A DNA stretch of 63,303 nt, the filler included, from Nemertoderma westbladi (taxonomy: Eukaryota; Animalia; Xenacoelomorpha): NCBI GenBank assembly GCA_032718475.1. It is 3 parts of 3 records of this genome, joined end to end, with 100 filler letters (N's around TTAATTAATTAA, not from the genome) between each part and the next. Parts side by side here need not be neighbours in the genome. Positions count along the whole stretch, not along the records: positions 20,953 to 41,411 come from JAUCBJ010002024.1; positions 41,512 to 63,303 come from JAUCBJ010002617.1; 1 more part is not named here. The stretch is one strand, 5' to 3'. The position numbers and the translations under genes are program-made. Positions 33,444-46,151 of this stretch are shown one piece after another. The notes below the pieces were generated by a model. It had not been told where the DNA came from and did no database searches. It saw only the letters and a program-made list of their open reading frames with translations. Position 1 is the first letter of the stretch; the number at the start of each line of letters is the position of its first letter.

Positions 33444-34177
33444 TTAGGTAACGCTGAGAGATGATTGACATGATTCGCAGACGATGGCGTCCTTGGAGTT
33501 CATAAGATTGCAGTTCGGGCAACGAACAGAGAAACTCGGTTTCTCCACTTTTCCGCAACCTTCGCACTTGTTGCTGCCACTTCCGTTCAAATTCTGGCAA
33601 CCTAAGCACCGCCATTGCCCTTCCACCTGATTGGTTGGCGTCTTGGTAACGTCGAGAGATGCCGCGGCTTCTCGCAGCTGACGCAATGTGGGTGGTCGTT
33701 GTTTGCGCGCCGGTTTGACCGTGGGTTTGGTTTCCATGGGAACCAGACTATGTCCACGCGGTCGCTTGTAGCAACGTCTCGCGGAGGGAGCCACTAATGC
33801 GCACTGACTGCAGTATTGCCGGTTGCAATGTTTACACTTATAGGCCGCGGTGTCTTGGCAGTCTGCCGCGTTGCATTTAGTGTTGGATGTCTGCCGGTTT
33901 CTCCGAGGAAGTGTTTGGTTGCCTTGGCGACCGCCGAGTGGCGGGGAGGTGTTGAGTTCCCAGGGGTCGACGGGCGTCGCCTGGGCGAGGACACGCCGGG
34001 CACGCAACGGGGACTGGTAGGTGTTGGGGTAGGCCGGAGGAGCCGGAGCCGGAGCCGGCTGACGTGTCGACGGACTCCCATTGGTTGATCCATCCTCCGA
34101 ATCAGGCGGTGATTGGCGTAGGACGTCGTAGACTAGTTGTAGTTCATCTTCCAGCGTCTGGATCCGAGAAGCAGAGC
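33444..34177 (-). CDS. Terminal exon encoding a B-box-like Cys/His cluster and two RanBP2/NZF-type zinc fingers
   Basis: WRCLGCQNLNGSGSNKCEGC and VRCPNCNLMNSKDAIVCESC fit C-x2-C-x3-N-x6-C-x2-C; acceptor TTTCTAATTTTCTTCTAG| at 34178. Confidence 0.7.
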
Positions 34178-34606
34178 CTAGAAGAAAATTAGAAACATTC
34201 CTAAAATTTGACGGACGTCCAGAATCCTTGTTCATTTGATCATTCATTCCTTTATTTGAAAAAGGCTCTTTTTTTCACTAATATTTTTAAAATTAGGTTA
34301 ATTAATCTAACTTTTTTTCACTAATTTCCAGAAAATTAGTTGAAAAAAGTATTTTCTTAACTAATCTTTTCAGTTTTTTTTTCTCTATTTTTTAATTTTA
34401 TTAACTAATTTTTACCTTTTTTAACTAATTTTTTACTTTTTTAAACTAATTTTTATTTATTTAATGAACTATTTACTACACAATATAATCAAATTGTTAC
34501 ATATTTTCATATAATTGAGTAAGTTCCTGGTGCATAATGATTATATAATGTAGACCGAGGCTTGTCAGGTAGCTTACTGTACAGCTAGCTATTTAAATTT
34601 ATATTT

Positions 34607-34840
34607 AAAAAAAAAGTAAGCGGAAAACATAGTTTTTTTTCACTCATTTTCTTTAGCGAAATTAAGATATTCTACCCTCGTGTGTTGAGTTTTCCACTCG
34701 TTGGCATTTTAACACTCGCTTCGCTCATGCTAAAAACCGGCCAACTCTTGTAAAACTCAACCACTCGGACAGAATAGTTGAATTTCGGTAAATTGAAAAT
34801 GAGTGAAAAAAAGTGGTGTTTTCCGCTTACTTTTTTTTTT
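34607..34840. mobile_element. MITE
   Basis: TIRs (A)nGTAAGCGGAAAACA..TTTTTTTCACTCATTTT / AAAATGAGTGAAAAAAA..TGTTTTCCGCTTAC(T)n. Confidence 0.75.
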
Positions 34841-35919
34841 ATAGAATAATATTCCTTTATTTCTCAAACTTTCATTCATTCCTAAATATACCATATTTCA
34901 CTCCTCTCAATATGGGAAGGATTTATTACAACAAAATCTGATTAACCCTACCTCGGCTGTGGCCGACCAATTCATTTGGTTACAAAAGGATGGTAGGGCT
35001 CTACTACGATAAGTCAAACAAAAGAAAAGGGTTTCCAAACGAACGTAAGTTTACATACTCCATAATGTCGATGACATCACTATTTGCAAAAACACTTTGT
35101 AAGTAGAATCAGTGACCAGTAAATTAGCGGATGCATGATGGCTGGTTAGACTATCTGAATAATATGGACAACTTAATGCGTGTGGGGTCTGCGTCGCTTC
35201 TCCCGCTTCCTACACATTCATGGACAGTGACTCACGGAATACCTCTATCGCAGGGGTTCTGTCACGGGAACAACTCACTGGGGACATCCCAGCTCGCAGC
35301 TCACCTCTGCTAGCCTCTTCAGCTAGCTTCAGAAGCTACCAGCACCGAAAGGAACCAAACAATAAACCAGCCTATGGTAACGCGCGGAAACAGAATCGGG
35401 AGTAAACTTCGAGCGGCACAGTCTCCTGATAACTCGAAGGCTTATATCCTCATTGGGTGACTACAATCTACGGTTACAAAGGAACAATCATCTACGAATC
35501 AAAGATCTCAAAGTTTTCTTCTGACGTGCAATTAACAGCAGCGTCGTAGAATTATGGACCCATCATTATGGGGAGAAGGAATTATAATCCGCAATTTCAT
35601 TCAAAATGACGAATAAAGACAGGGAATCCCTGGGTCTACAGCGGCGCCAACTCGAAATAATCACCACACAGCTGAGCCAAAAGCAAATGCCTCAAACACT
35701 GAGAACGATTGACGTCATAGAGAAATTTATTTATGGAATGTTGAGAGTTTAAATTACTTTATGTCTAACTATCCAGCTCATGGTATTTTTAGCAGCTCAG
35801 ATGATGTCATCCTTCTCACTGAAACTTCAGTGAAACACTCACTACACTGCAAGTACACTATCAATTACATCTCACTATCCATTTATCAAACCAGCTATCA
35901 AGGGGTTGGTGGCTATAAG

Positions 35920-38900
35920 TGGAATAGACCCATCAATATTGTATATTGTTGTATGGTGGTGGTGTTATTTGTCAGTGTTATTACTATACTCTAGTGCCCT
36001 GTTACATGGCCTATATTTCATATATACTTATTGTATGCCTAGACATCGGCCTAGTACAGACTACAGCCCACAGTGTACAGTAGTGCAGGAGCGCACTACA
36101 TGCTGACACCTTTGTCAGCATCTACAGATCTATATATACGTATTACATACTTATAATATAAATGTATTATATTCAATATGTGATTGTTTATATGGATTAA
36201 TATTATCCCCTCGGGAGTTCGGCCAGACATGAGGTTATACAGTTATACCATGGCGCAGTGATACGGCTGGTGATTTACCCTAGTCCTGTAATACCAGTTG
36301 AACCTACGTAAACCGACCGTGCCGTTATGAGCTGAAGTTCAAAACTTCCACCGAGTTTATCGATATCATGGCTTACAGCGGTAGTCTGGACGAGACACTC
36401 GAACTCTCGGTCGACGATATAAAACAGTTGGACCGGGCAGAACTCATGTATCATCTGGCCAATACAGATATACCCGTTAACCCTAAAGATCCAACTGAGC
36501 TGATTCGAAAAAAGCTCATCCGGTGGGCTGAGGGAGAGGAAGATGTCAAAACTACATCTGGACAACCTATCGATTTCGCGCAGGTTTTCGCCAATATGGA
36601 ATCACAGCGGCGTGACGACGAGAGACAACGTCGCGAGGCGGAGCAACATCGGGAGGATCAATTTCTCCAATTACTCGCACAACAACGAGGGGCCATTGGC
36701 GGTCAACAACCAGACCGCCACGACGTATCCGCGGTTAAACTACAGGTCCGCACACCCGAAAAATTGGATCGGGGACTATCCATTAAGCAATTTAAACATT
36801 GGCGGGCAGCGTGGGACAACTATTCCACAGTCACTAAACTTCGAGAAAAAACTCGGGAGGAAGAAGTGGCTGTATTCCACACATACTGTAGCGGCGCATT
36901 CCTGTTGGACCTCCATTACGTTATGGGCATTCAACCAAACACAGAAATGCCGGTAAATGAGATTCTGGACACCATAAACGTCCACCTCCGATCACAGAGG
37001 AACATAGCCGTAGACCGATATAAACTCTTGCGATTAAGACAGTCGGATCGAGAAACTTTTAATGAACACCTCTCCAAATTGTATGAGGCGATTGACGATT
37101 CCGAGATGAATACAATGACTGCAGATGACTGGAGAACAACCCTTATCGTCTGCAGTATCCGCGACGATGAGACACGCCGCGATATATTCGGAAAGATACC
37201 GGCCCTAAATCTGGACGAAACTATTGATTTTTGTAGGGCTAGAGAAACCGCAGCCAAAGAAACTCAACGACTTCAAAACCGTGTCGCAGGTATACAATTT
37301 TCTCAGGAACAAACGCGGGGGCGACAGAAAAAACCCCCCAAATCCCGATACAAACGGGACAAAGATAAATCTCCAATGGGAGGTCATCACCCTAGGAATT
37401 TTAAATCACCATCCCGAGAAAAAATGCGTGAGGCGTTGAGAGAGGGGCGTGAGACCGGCCATTGCGTAAAATGTGGGGGAACATATCCGCATACAACAGA
37501 TAAACCCTGCAAAGCAATGGATGTAGTTTGCCTTAATTGTGGTAAATCCGGACACTATAAAGCATATTGCCTCGCTGAGAAACTGAAATCCCCAAAACTT
37601 AGCGGGACAATTTCTATTTCTACCATCAATGGCCATGTGAATAAATGCAAAATTCCTTTAATTCCAATCGACTTCCACCATGAGGGAGTTTACCTGGGGA
37701 ATACATCCTGTGTCGCAGACACGGGAGCGGAAATAACGGTGGCGTCGTCACACATGAAAACCGAGTGGGACCTACCGCTAACTACGGAATTTGGCCAACC
37801 GGACGTTCCTTTAATAGGGGCGAATGGTAGTAGTATCGAATGCGAGGGACTCATTTATTTAACTATGACTGTGGGAAACAAATCTTACAGTGAGTGGGTC
37901 TATTTATGTCCAGATATTAAACGGTGGGGTATATATTTATCACTATCTGCCTGCATTGGTTTAGGACTGGTTCATCCAGAATTCCCCAGACCACTACACA
38001 TGGCTACTGATAGTCAAATAAATTGTATAAAAGAACGTGGAGATTCAGTGACCGATTGCGACATAAATTATTTCCAAGAGCTGGAGACACAAAAACAGAA
38101 ACTCATGGAGGAATATTCCGATGTATTTCAAACATCTGGTCCGCTAAAACCAATGGTAGGATCCCCTATGAAAATAGAACTCCTAGAAGGGGCTAAACCA
38201 TTCTGTATTAACGCTCACCGCCCAATCCCGATTCATTTCCGTGAAAAAGTCAAAATGGAATTAGATGACATGATACAAAAAGGGATCATAGAACGGGTGG
38301 GAGATAGGCCAACGGAGTGGTGCCACCCGTTGGTCGTAACTAACAAACCTAATAGGCCGGGGGAGATCAGAATGACAGTTGATTTAACGAAACTAAACAG
38401 TCAGGTGAGACGTATAGTTCACAATTCCCGCTCCCCCTACGAACTCGTATCCGATCGCAAAGCCGGAGTAAAAATATTCTCCGTTTTAGACGCAAAATCG
38501 GGATATTGGCAGGTAGAGTTGGATGAAACTTCTCGAGACTTTACTACCTTTATAACTCCTTGGGGTCGATTTCGATACCTGCGAACACCTATGGGGTTTA
38601 TCTCCAGCGGGGATAGCTACAATCTTCGTGGAGACTTGGCGATAGAGGGGGTGGATCAAGTCAAGAAGATTGTAGACGACATCCTGATCGAGGATACGGA
38701 TTACGACGAGCATATTAAACGCGTCCGGACCATACTCGACCGTTGCCGAGCCCACGGTATTACCCTACATCCGGGTAAATTCCAGTTCGCAAAAACCCAA
38801 GTAAAGTTTGCGGGATATATCATATCCGGGGATGGCATTGGCGCGGACCCAGGGAAAGTCCGAGCGATTTCCGAATATCCGACTCCGGGGAATATAACAG

Positions 38901-41411
38901 ATCTCCGGAGCTTTATGGGATTGGTGAACCAACTAGGTTGTTTTAGTAGTGAAATCAGCACCCTAGCGGCCCCATTACGCGATCTACTCCGGACAAGAAA
39001 CGAATTCCAGTGGACCCCAAACCACGAGGAGTCCTTCAGAAAGGTCAAACAGGCCCTCGTGAGTCCACCAATCCTCGCACCGTTCGAGGGAAACCGAGAA
39101 ACAAGGCTAGAAACTGACGCGAGTCGGCTACACGGACTAGGGTATGATTTATTACAACGTCACGCCGACGACTGGAAACTTGTGGCATGTGGAAGTCGAT
39201 TCCTAAGCGACACGGAATCCCGTTATGCTGTCATAGAACTCGAGAGCCTGGCGATTAAATTCGGTATACAAAAATGTCGATTGTACTTATCGGGATTACC
39301 GTTCACAGTGGTGACGGACCACCGTCCATTGGTTACAATATTTAACAAACACTCACTAGACCACATCGATAATGCTAAAATCCAAAAGATTAAAGCGGAA
39401 CTACAATCCAACTACCAATTCCAGGTCGAGTGGCAGAAAGGAAAAAAACATCGAATAGCCGATTGTTTGAGTCGATCCCCCGTCGACCCGGGACCCGATG
39501 AGATTGACGATGAAGAAGAAAATATTTCGCACCACATAGCGGCGATTAACATAGAGCTAACCAATACTGGGGTTATTGCATAGCCGGAGATCAATGACCC
39601 ATTCATCAAAGAACTCCAGAGGGTCGCCAAAAGAGACGAGGAGTATCAGGAACTCGTTGAGGAGATCTCCAAAGGCCATATCTTCCCTTCCAAATCATCG
39701 CCATATATCCGCCAATACCAATCGATTTGGGACAGGTTATCTCTATATAATAGTTTGGTATTATATAATGATAGAATAATTATACCAAACGCATTCCGCC
39801 AGGAAACTCTTAACCGACTTCATGCGTCCCATCTGGGCGTAACCCGAACCAAGCAGCGGGCCCGACAGGCAGTGTACTGGCCCGGGATCGGCAGAGATAT
39901 CGAGATTTTAATACAAAAATGCGACTCATGCCAAACAATCCTACCCAGCCTTCCTAAAGAAACCCTTATGGCGGACCCGATACCGGACAGACCATTCCAA
40001 TCTGTCTCCACCGATCTATTCACGGTGGGGGGTAAACATTTCATGGTTTACACGGACCGCCTATCGGGATACCCCATGGCCCACCAATGGCGCGACGACC
40101 CCACAGCGCAACAGTGTGCGTTTGTTATTCGCAAATGGTTTGTGGATCTGGGAGTCCCGACTGTACTCCGATCAGACCGTGGTCCTCAGTTTGCAGCTGC
40201 TAGTTTCGGGAAGTTTCTAAACCGTTGGGGTGTTGCTTGGCAACCCAGTACTCCACACTTCCCAAGCAGCAACGGACACGCTGAAACAAGCGTCAAACAG
40301 ATAAAACATCTGCTCAAAAAAATTCCTCATCCAGACATTAATTCAGAGGAATTCCAAGAGGGACTCCTTGAAATGAAGAACACACCTCGCGAAGCGGGAT
40401 TGTCACCAAGCGAGATTGTATTCGAGCGACAATTACGCACTCGGGTTCCGGCGCACCACAGCCGGTACGCGCCGCAGTGGCGAGAACGCGCCGACGAAGC
40501 CGACCAGAAAGCGGCCCAGCAGCGCATTCGGACCACTGACCATTATAATAAATCCGCCCGAGATCTTAAAAAGATAAAAATTGGTTCAAAAGTCCGAGTG
40601 CAAGACCATGTTAACAAAGAATGGAAACACGTTGGCGAAGTAGTAGGAGTAGGAACTCGACGAGATTATCGAATTAAATTCCCATCAGGGCGGTCTTGGT
40701 GGCGAAATCGCCGTTTTATCAGAGTATACCACGAACCGGACTTCCTAGTACAAGAACCCACTATTATAGGCCGGGAAACGGAAAGTAAATCGGGAAACAG
40801 TAATAATCAAAGTGGAACTAATTTTGTACCAGAACCAAGACGTAGCCTTAGGGAGCGTAAAGAAACTGTACATTTCGGGTCTACAACAGTTCATTTTATA
40901 GAAAAAAATAGCAAAAAATTGTAAATGACAAATTAAGTGAGATAAATTTATATCCAACAATTGGAAATATTGGATTTCGAAACTGAAAGTAACTTTCTCA
41001 TATAAAATACATATAACTATTCGTATGAGGTACAATCGCAATAGGCATTTTTAAAATGGACAAGATTAGCCTATTTCGATCGCGAAGGGAAAGGGAGATG
41101 GAATAGACCCATCAATATTGTATATTGTTGTATGGTGGTGGTGTTATTTGTCAGTGGTATTACTATACTCTAGTGCCCTGTTACATGGCCTATATTTCAT
41201 ATATACTTATTGTATGCCTAGACATCGGCCTAGTACAGACTACAGCCCACAGTGTACAGTAGTGCAGGAGCGCACTACATGCTGACACCTTGTCAGCATC
41301 TACAGATCTATATATACGTATTACATACTTATAATATAAATGTATTATATTCAATATGTGATTGTTTATATGGATTAATATTATCCCCTCGGGAGTTCGG
41401 CCAGACATGAG
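35920..41411 (+). mobile_element. Near full-length Ty3/gypsy LTR retrotransposon, Mag-like
   Basis: 5' LTR 35920-36250 (TGGAATA..TATACCA); PBS TGGCGCAGT at 36251; PPT 41084-41098; 3' LTR from 41099, cut by the gap. Two differences seen between the LTRs. Confidence 0.95.
36368..40924 (+). CDS. Gag-Pol polyprotein (two zinc knuckles, protease, RT, RNase H, integrase) with one in-frame TAG at 39581-39583
   Basis: CVKC..H..C and CLNCGKSGHYKAYC; ADTGA; LDAKSGYWQ and IVDD; TDAS; HASH..CDSC and D,D,E motifs. The integrase part continues in the same frame. Confidence 0.9.
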
Positions 41412-41511
41412 NNNNNNNNNNNNNNNNNNNNNNNNNNNNNNNNNNNNNNNNNNNNTTAATTAATTAANNNNNNNNNNNNNNNNNNNNNNNNNNNNNNNNN
41501 NNNNNNNNNNN
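41412..41511. other. Artificial contig linker
   Basis: N-run with a central TTAATTAATTAA. Confidence 0.98.
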
Positions 41512-42366
41512 CACAGACCCGGAGAGTGTAGAGAAACAGCAGCAAGAGAGGAGGAGACTGGAGGCCAAACAATGGCTACAAGCATGACAGAAGAGGAGAA
41601 GAAGAGAAAAGTACTACTCGGGGTAGTACCAGTAAAGATATCAGGAGAGGGCGGTCGATCAGTAACGACATTAATGCTGGTCGACAGCGGAGCAGCCTTC
41701 ACGCTGGTGGAGAACTGGGTGGCCGAAGAGATAGGGCTAAAGACGAGGCCGAATAGAATGGCGGTAACTACCGTCTCGAGTAAAGATGAGGTCCTGGAGA
41801 CGAGGACGGGGCGGTGCAGGATAGCAGCGATTGCACCGGGATGCGACTATGGGGCGACGATCGACCCCATCCACGTCATAGAATCGATAAATATCAACGC
41901 CAGGCGACCAACCAACATTGAGGTCGAGCAGTATAGATTCCTGGACGGTATCGATTTCTCAATACCAAAGGTGGACGTTAGGAAGGTGTCCATTATAGTA
42001 GGAATGGACTGCCCGACGGCCCACGAGAGAACACAGACGGTCTTCGGCGAAGACAGGCAGCGGGACCCGACGGCGATCCTCACGCCGTTCGGATGGACGC
42101 TTAGCGGCCCAGTTAAAACCAAGATCCCATGCAGTGTGACAGAGACATCAGGGTGCATGTTACCAGGCACCGTAGACACAGAGGACGAAGATAAGAAGCC
42201 GGAGGAGATAGTAGAGCCAGACAGGGAAGTAGACAATAGGAGAGTGGGCGGAGGAGAATGGACTTCCCAGCGGGCGTCGGTGTGGGGATGGAGGGGAGCG
42301 GACGGCGGGGTGTCCGGGGGACAACACTCCGGAGGAGTGTCCGGTGGAGTGTCAGGAGGACAATAG
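41512..42366 (+). CDS. Bel/Pao-type aspartic protease region, 5' end in the gap
   Basis: LLGVVPVKI..LVDSGAAFTLV..IIVGMD..PTAILTPFGWTLSGP, typical of Bel/Pao polyproteins; no RT follows. Confidence 0.75.
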   Translation, partial: HRPGECRETAAREEETGGQTMATSMTEEEKKRKVLLGVVPVKISGEGGRSVTTLMLVDSGAAFTLVENWVAEEIGLKTRPNRMAVTTVSSKDEVLETRTGRCRIAAIAPGCDYGATIDPIHVIESININARRPTNIEVEQYRFLDGIDFSIPKVDVRKVSIIVGMDCPTAHERTQTVFGEDRQRDPTAILTPFGWTLSGPVKTKIPCSVTETSGCMLPGTVDTEDEDKKPEEIVEPDREVDNRRVGGGEWTSQRASVWGWRGADGGVSGGQHSGGVSGGVSGGQ

Positions 42367-42839
42367 TCCGGAGGGGTGTCCGGAGGAGTGTCCGGAGGAG
42401 ACGCCGGTCCGGTTGAGAGGCGTGCCGACGGGGGGGAGGTCGAGAGGGGGGGCAGGATGGAGAGGGGTAGGACTGCTGTTGTACCTCCTGTTTTGCCTGT
42501 TCTTTCACTTTCTATTCATTCTGCCACCGGGAGATAACAAGGAGGGAGATGGCATTTTGATGCCAGGAGACGAGATGGTTAAGAAGGCGGCGGAGAGACC
42601 CGATTTTGGGGTGGCGGAAGAGGGAGAGCCAATTCCTGGTCAGTTGGAGTTGGCGGGGAGAGCGTGGCGAAGAGTAAGAGGACGTATAGGAGGGCAGTGG
42701 GAGAGTGCCTACTGGAAGAAGGGGCACCTGAAAGTTTAGTCGTCCAAGATTTTGGACTGAGGGGGGTGGGAATGAGGGCGAGACGCCCTTCCCACATATA
42801 AATAATTATTTAATTAAAAATAAATAATAAAATTAATTA

Positions 42840-43930
42840 AATAATAGTTAGAAGAGATAGTAAGTAGTAGACAGGAGATAAGTTAGTAGAAGATAGTAGA
42901 GTTAGAAGGCGGCGGGGTAAGGGAGTGTGGCATATTGCATGCCACGAGTAGTAGTAGGGGGGTCGTGGGCACCGGTAAGCGCACAAGAAGTAAGTTAGAA
43001 GGCGGCGGGTAAGGGAGTGTGGCATATGTCATGCCACGTAGTAGTAGGGGGGTCGTGGGCACCGGAAGCGCCACGTAGAAAGGAGTAGTAGTAGGGGGGT
43101 CGTGGGCACCGGAAGCGCCACGTAGAAAGTAGTAGTGGTAGAGAGGTTGTGGGCACCATAAGCGCCACGTAGAAAGTAGTAAGAGAGGGGTTGTGGGCAC
43201 CGGAAGCGCCACGTAGAAAGTAGTAGCAGAGAGGGGTTGTGGGCACTGGAAGCGCCACGTAGGAAGTAGTAAGAGAGTGGTTGTGGGCACCGCAAGCGCC
43301 ACTAGAGGTATTAGTGGAGGTGGAGATGTAGATAGAGTAGAGTAGTGGAGAGGGCACATAGGGTGCCAGGTAGTAGAGTAGAGTAGTGGAGAGGGCACAT
43401 AGGGTGCCAGGTAGTAGAGTGGTAGAGACGGGCACATAGGGTGCCAGGTAGTAGAGTTAGAGAGGTAGTTGAGTAGTAGAGAGGGCACATAGGGTGCCAG
43501 GCAGTAGAGTAGTAGAGGCGGGCACATAGGGTGCCAGCTAGTAGAGTTAGAGATAGTAGAGAGTTAGTAGAGTTAGAAAGATAGTAGCAGAGTAGAAGTA
43601 GTAGTAGAATGGTTGTGGGCACCACAAGCGCCACGTAGATGGAGGGTTTTAGTCAGAGTTAGGAAAGAGTTAGTAGACTTAGCAGAGAGTAGAGTTAGTG
43701 GTTAGTAGAGTTAGAATTAGAGCTAGTTAGAGTTAGTAGGGAGTTAGAGAGTTCTAGTTAGAGTTAGTGGAAAGTTAGAGGCTTTTAGTTAGAGCTAGAA
43801 GTAGTAAGAGTTAGCAGAGAGTAGAGTTAGTAGTTAGTAGAGTTAGGAGTTAGTTAGAGTTAGAGAAGTTAGATAGTTAGCAAGTTAGACCTTAGATAAG
43901 GTAGATAGTATGATAGCACAGGGGTAGCAT
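42840..43930. repeat. Purine-biased minisatellite region inside the Bel/Pao derivative
   Basis: Units GTGGGCACCGGAAGCGCCACGTAGAAAG.., GGGCACATAGGGTGCCAGGTAGTAGAG.. and (AGAGTT)n. Confidence 0.85.
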
Positions 43931-44312
43931 TAGAGGTCAGGGCCTTAGAGAGTGGCAGGGAGTAGAGAGGAGATAGTGAAAGGAGCTGTTGGCGAGAGAG
44001 AAGAGTGCGATTCAACAGGAGTATGGAGAAAAGAAGAGTGCGATTCAGGTGTGGGGAGAGGGCAAGAGCGAGTTGAGTCAGAGAGCGGAGTTAGAGTGGT
44101 GAGAGTGTTGGGGAAACAAAAATTGTGTGAGAGAAGCGCACGATCGGCCCGACACGAGACGCCAGAGGGTAGTGACATCATACCCATAGGGAGCGGCCTG
44201 GAAAGCCGACTCCAAGAAAATAATCCCACCCCACACCCGATACTAGATCGGGATCCAGCGGAATTGTAGCGCACTTTAGGTGGATGCTATCTTCTCACCG
44301 GGAAGATAGCAT

Positions 44313-44863
44313 GGGGGGGAGTGTTAGCTTATCCAATTCCGCTAACCACCCCATAAAGTGAGCCGTTAAGCAATATTGGGAGCACGAGGTTGATTACCCA
44401 ACCTCGTGTCACCCCAATAAAGTGGGAAGGAGAAACGCACAATAGGGGTCAGGGGTTACACCCCTGACAGAGAGAGAATAGCAAGGGCGAAGGGAAGCAC
44501 TTCAGAGGGGGGCAAAGGGTGACAAGTAGGATATTAGCCAATAGGGGGGAAGCATCGACTGGGTACAGTAACAACGGCCAAACCGTGCAATATATATTAC
44601 CGGTCGATGCAACATTCATTCAGTTTACTCAGTCAGTTCAGTAGGGTGGAACGGTGACTTCTATCACCGTCCGCTACCGCCATCACATGTAATACTTATC
44701 TACCGGTAACCATGTCATCCATTCAACTGTGCTATATCAACTATATTATACCTTTATACATATTACCGAACATCAGAACTCTTAACGAACCTTTTCATAT
44801 ACACGGCGGGGACGCGTAGATAGAAAACCCAAACGGATAAATCGGGATCCGTAGATCCCGTCA
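44313..44863 (+). mobile_element. Putative PPT and 3' LTR of the Bel/Pao derivative
   Basis: GGGGGGGAG|TGTTAG at 44322; TATATA at about 44591; Inr-like TTCAGTT at about 44620. The right end is uncertain (candidate GAACA at 44772). Confidence 0.5.
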
Positions 44864-44864
44864 A

Positions 44865-46024
44865 GGTGATTACCTTTGAGTGTGAACGACCCCCAATGCG
44901 ACAGTGTCTGAGTGGTAAATGGTCGTGATCACCATTAAGTGTGAACGATTCCCAATGCGAGCAGTGTCTGAGTGGTAAATGGTCGTGATTACCATTGAGT
45001 GTGAACGACCTCCAATGCGAGCAGTGTCTGAGTGGTAAATGGTCGTGATTACCATTGAATGTGAACGACACCCAATGCGACAGTGTCTGAGTGGTAAATG
45101 GTCGTGATTACCATTGAGTGTGAACGACCTCCAATGCGAGCAGTGTCTGAGTGGTAAATGGTCGTGATTACCTTTGAGTGTGAACGACCCCCAATGCGAC
45201 AGTGTCTGAGTGGTAAATGGTCGTGATCACCATTAAGTGTGAACGATTCCCAATGCAAGCAGTGTCTGAGTGGTAAATGGTCGTGATTACCATTGAGTGT
45301 GAACGACCTCTAATGCGAGCAGTGTCTGAGTGGTAAATGGTCGTGATTACCATTGAGTGTGAACGACCCCCAATGAGAGCAGTGTCTGAGTGGTAAATGG
45401 TCGTGATTACGATTGAGTGTGAACGACCCCCAATTCAAGCAGTGTCTGAGTGGTAAATGGTCGTGATTTCCATTGAGTGTGAACGACAGCCAATGCGACA
45501 GTGTCTGAGTGGTAAATGGTCGTGATTACCATTAAGTGTGAACGATTCCCAATGCGAGCAGTGTCTGAGTGGTAAATGGTTGTGATTACCATTGATTGTG
45601 AACGACCCCCAATGAGAGCAGTGTCTGAGTGGTATATGGTCGTGATTTCCATTGAGTGTGAACGACAGCCAATGCGACAGTGTCTGAGTGGTAAATGGTC
45701 GTGATCACCATTAAGTGTGAACGATTCCCAATGCGAGCAGTGTCTGAGTGGTAAATGGTCGTGATTACCATTGAGTGTGAACGACCCCCAATGCGAGCAG
45801 TGTCTGAGTAGTAAATGGTCGTGATTACCATTGAGTGTGAACAACCCCCAATGCGAGCAGTGTCTGAGTGGTAAATGGTCGTGATTACCATTGAGTGTGA
45901 ACGGCCCCCAATGAGAGCAGTGTCTGAGTGGTAAATGGTCGTGATTACCATTGAGTGTGAACAACCCCCAATGCGAGCAGTGTTTGAGTGGTAAATGGTC
46001 GTGATTAACATTGAGTGTGAACGA
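44865..46024. repeat. 59-60-bp satellite, about 19 copies
   Basis: GAGTGTGAACGACCCCCAATGCGAGCAGTGTCTGAGTGGTAAATGGTCGTGATTACCATT units. Confidence 0.97.
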
Positions 46025-46151
46025 ACCACATGTAGTTGTGCGATACAACGATACTGATTTAAATAGTGATTATAAAATGAATCTCTTTACTGATAATTTA
46101 TGAATAGCTGGACCAACATTTACCACAACGGTAGGCCTACCATTGAGTGTG

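Noticed and set aside
44763-46048. His/Cys-rich repeat ORFs
   Set aside because: Artefacts of the 60-bp satellite, open in several frames.
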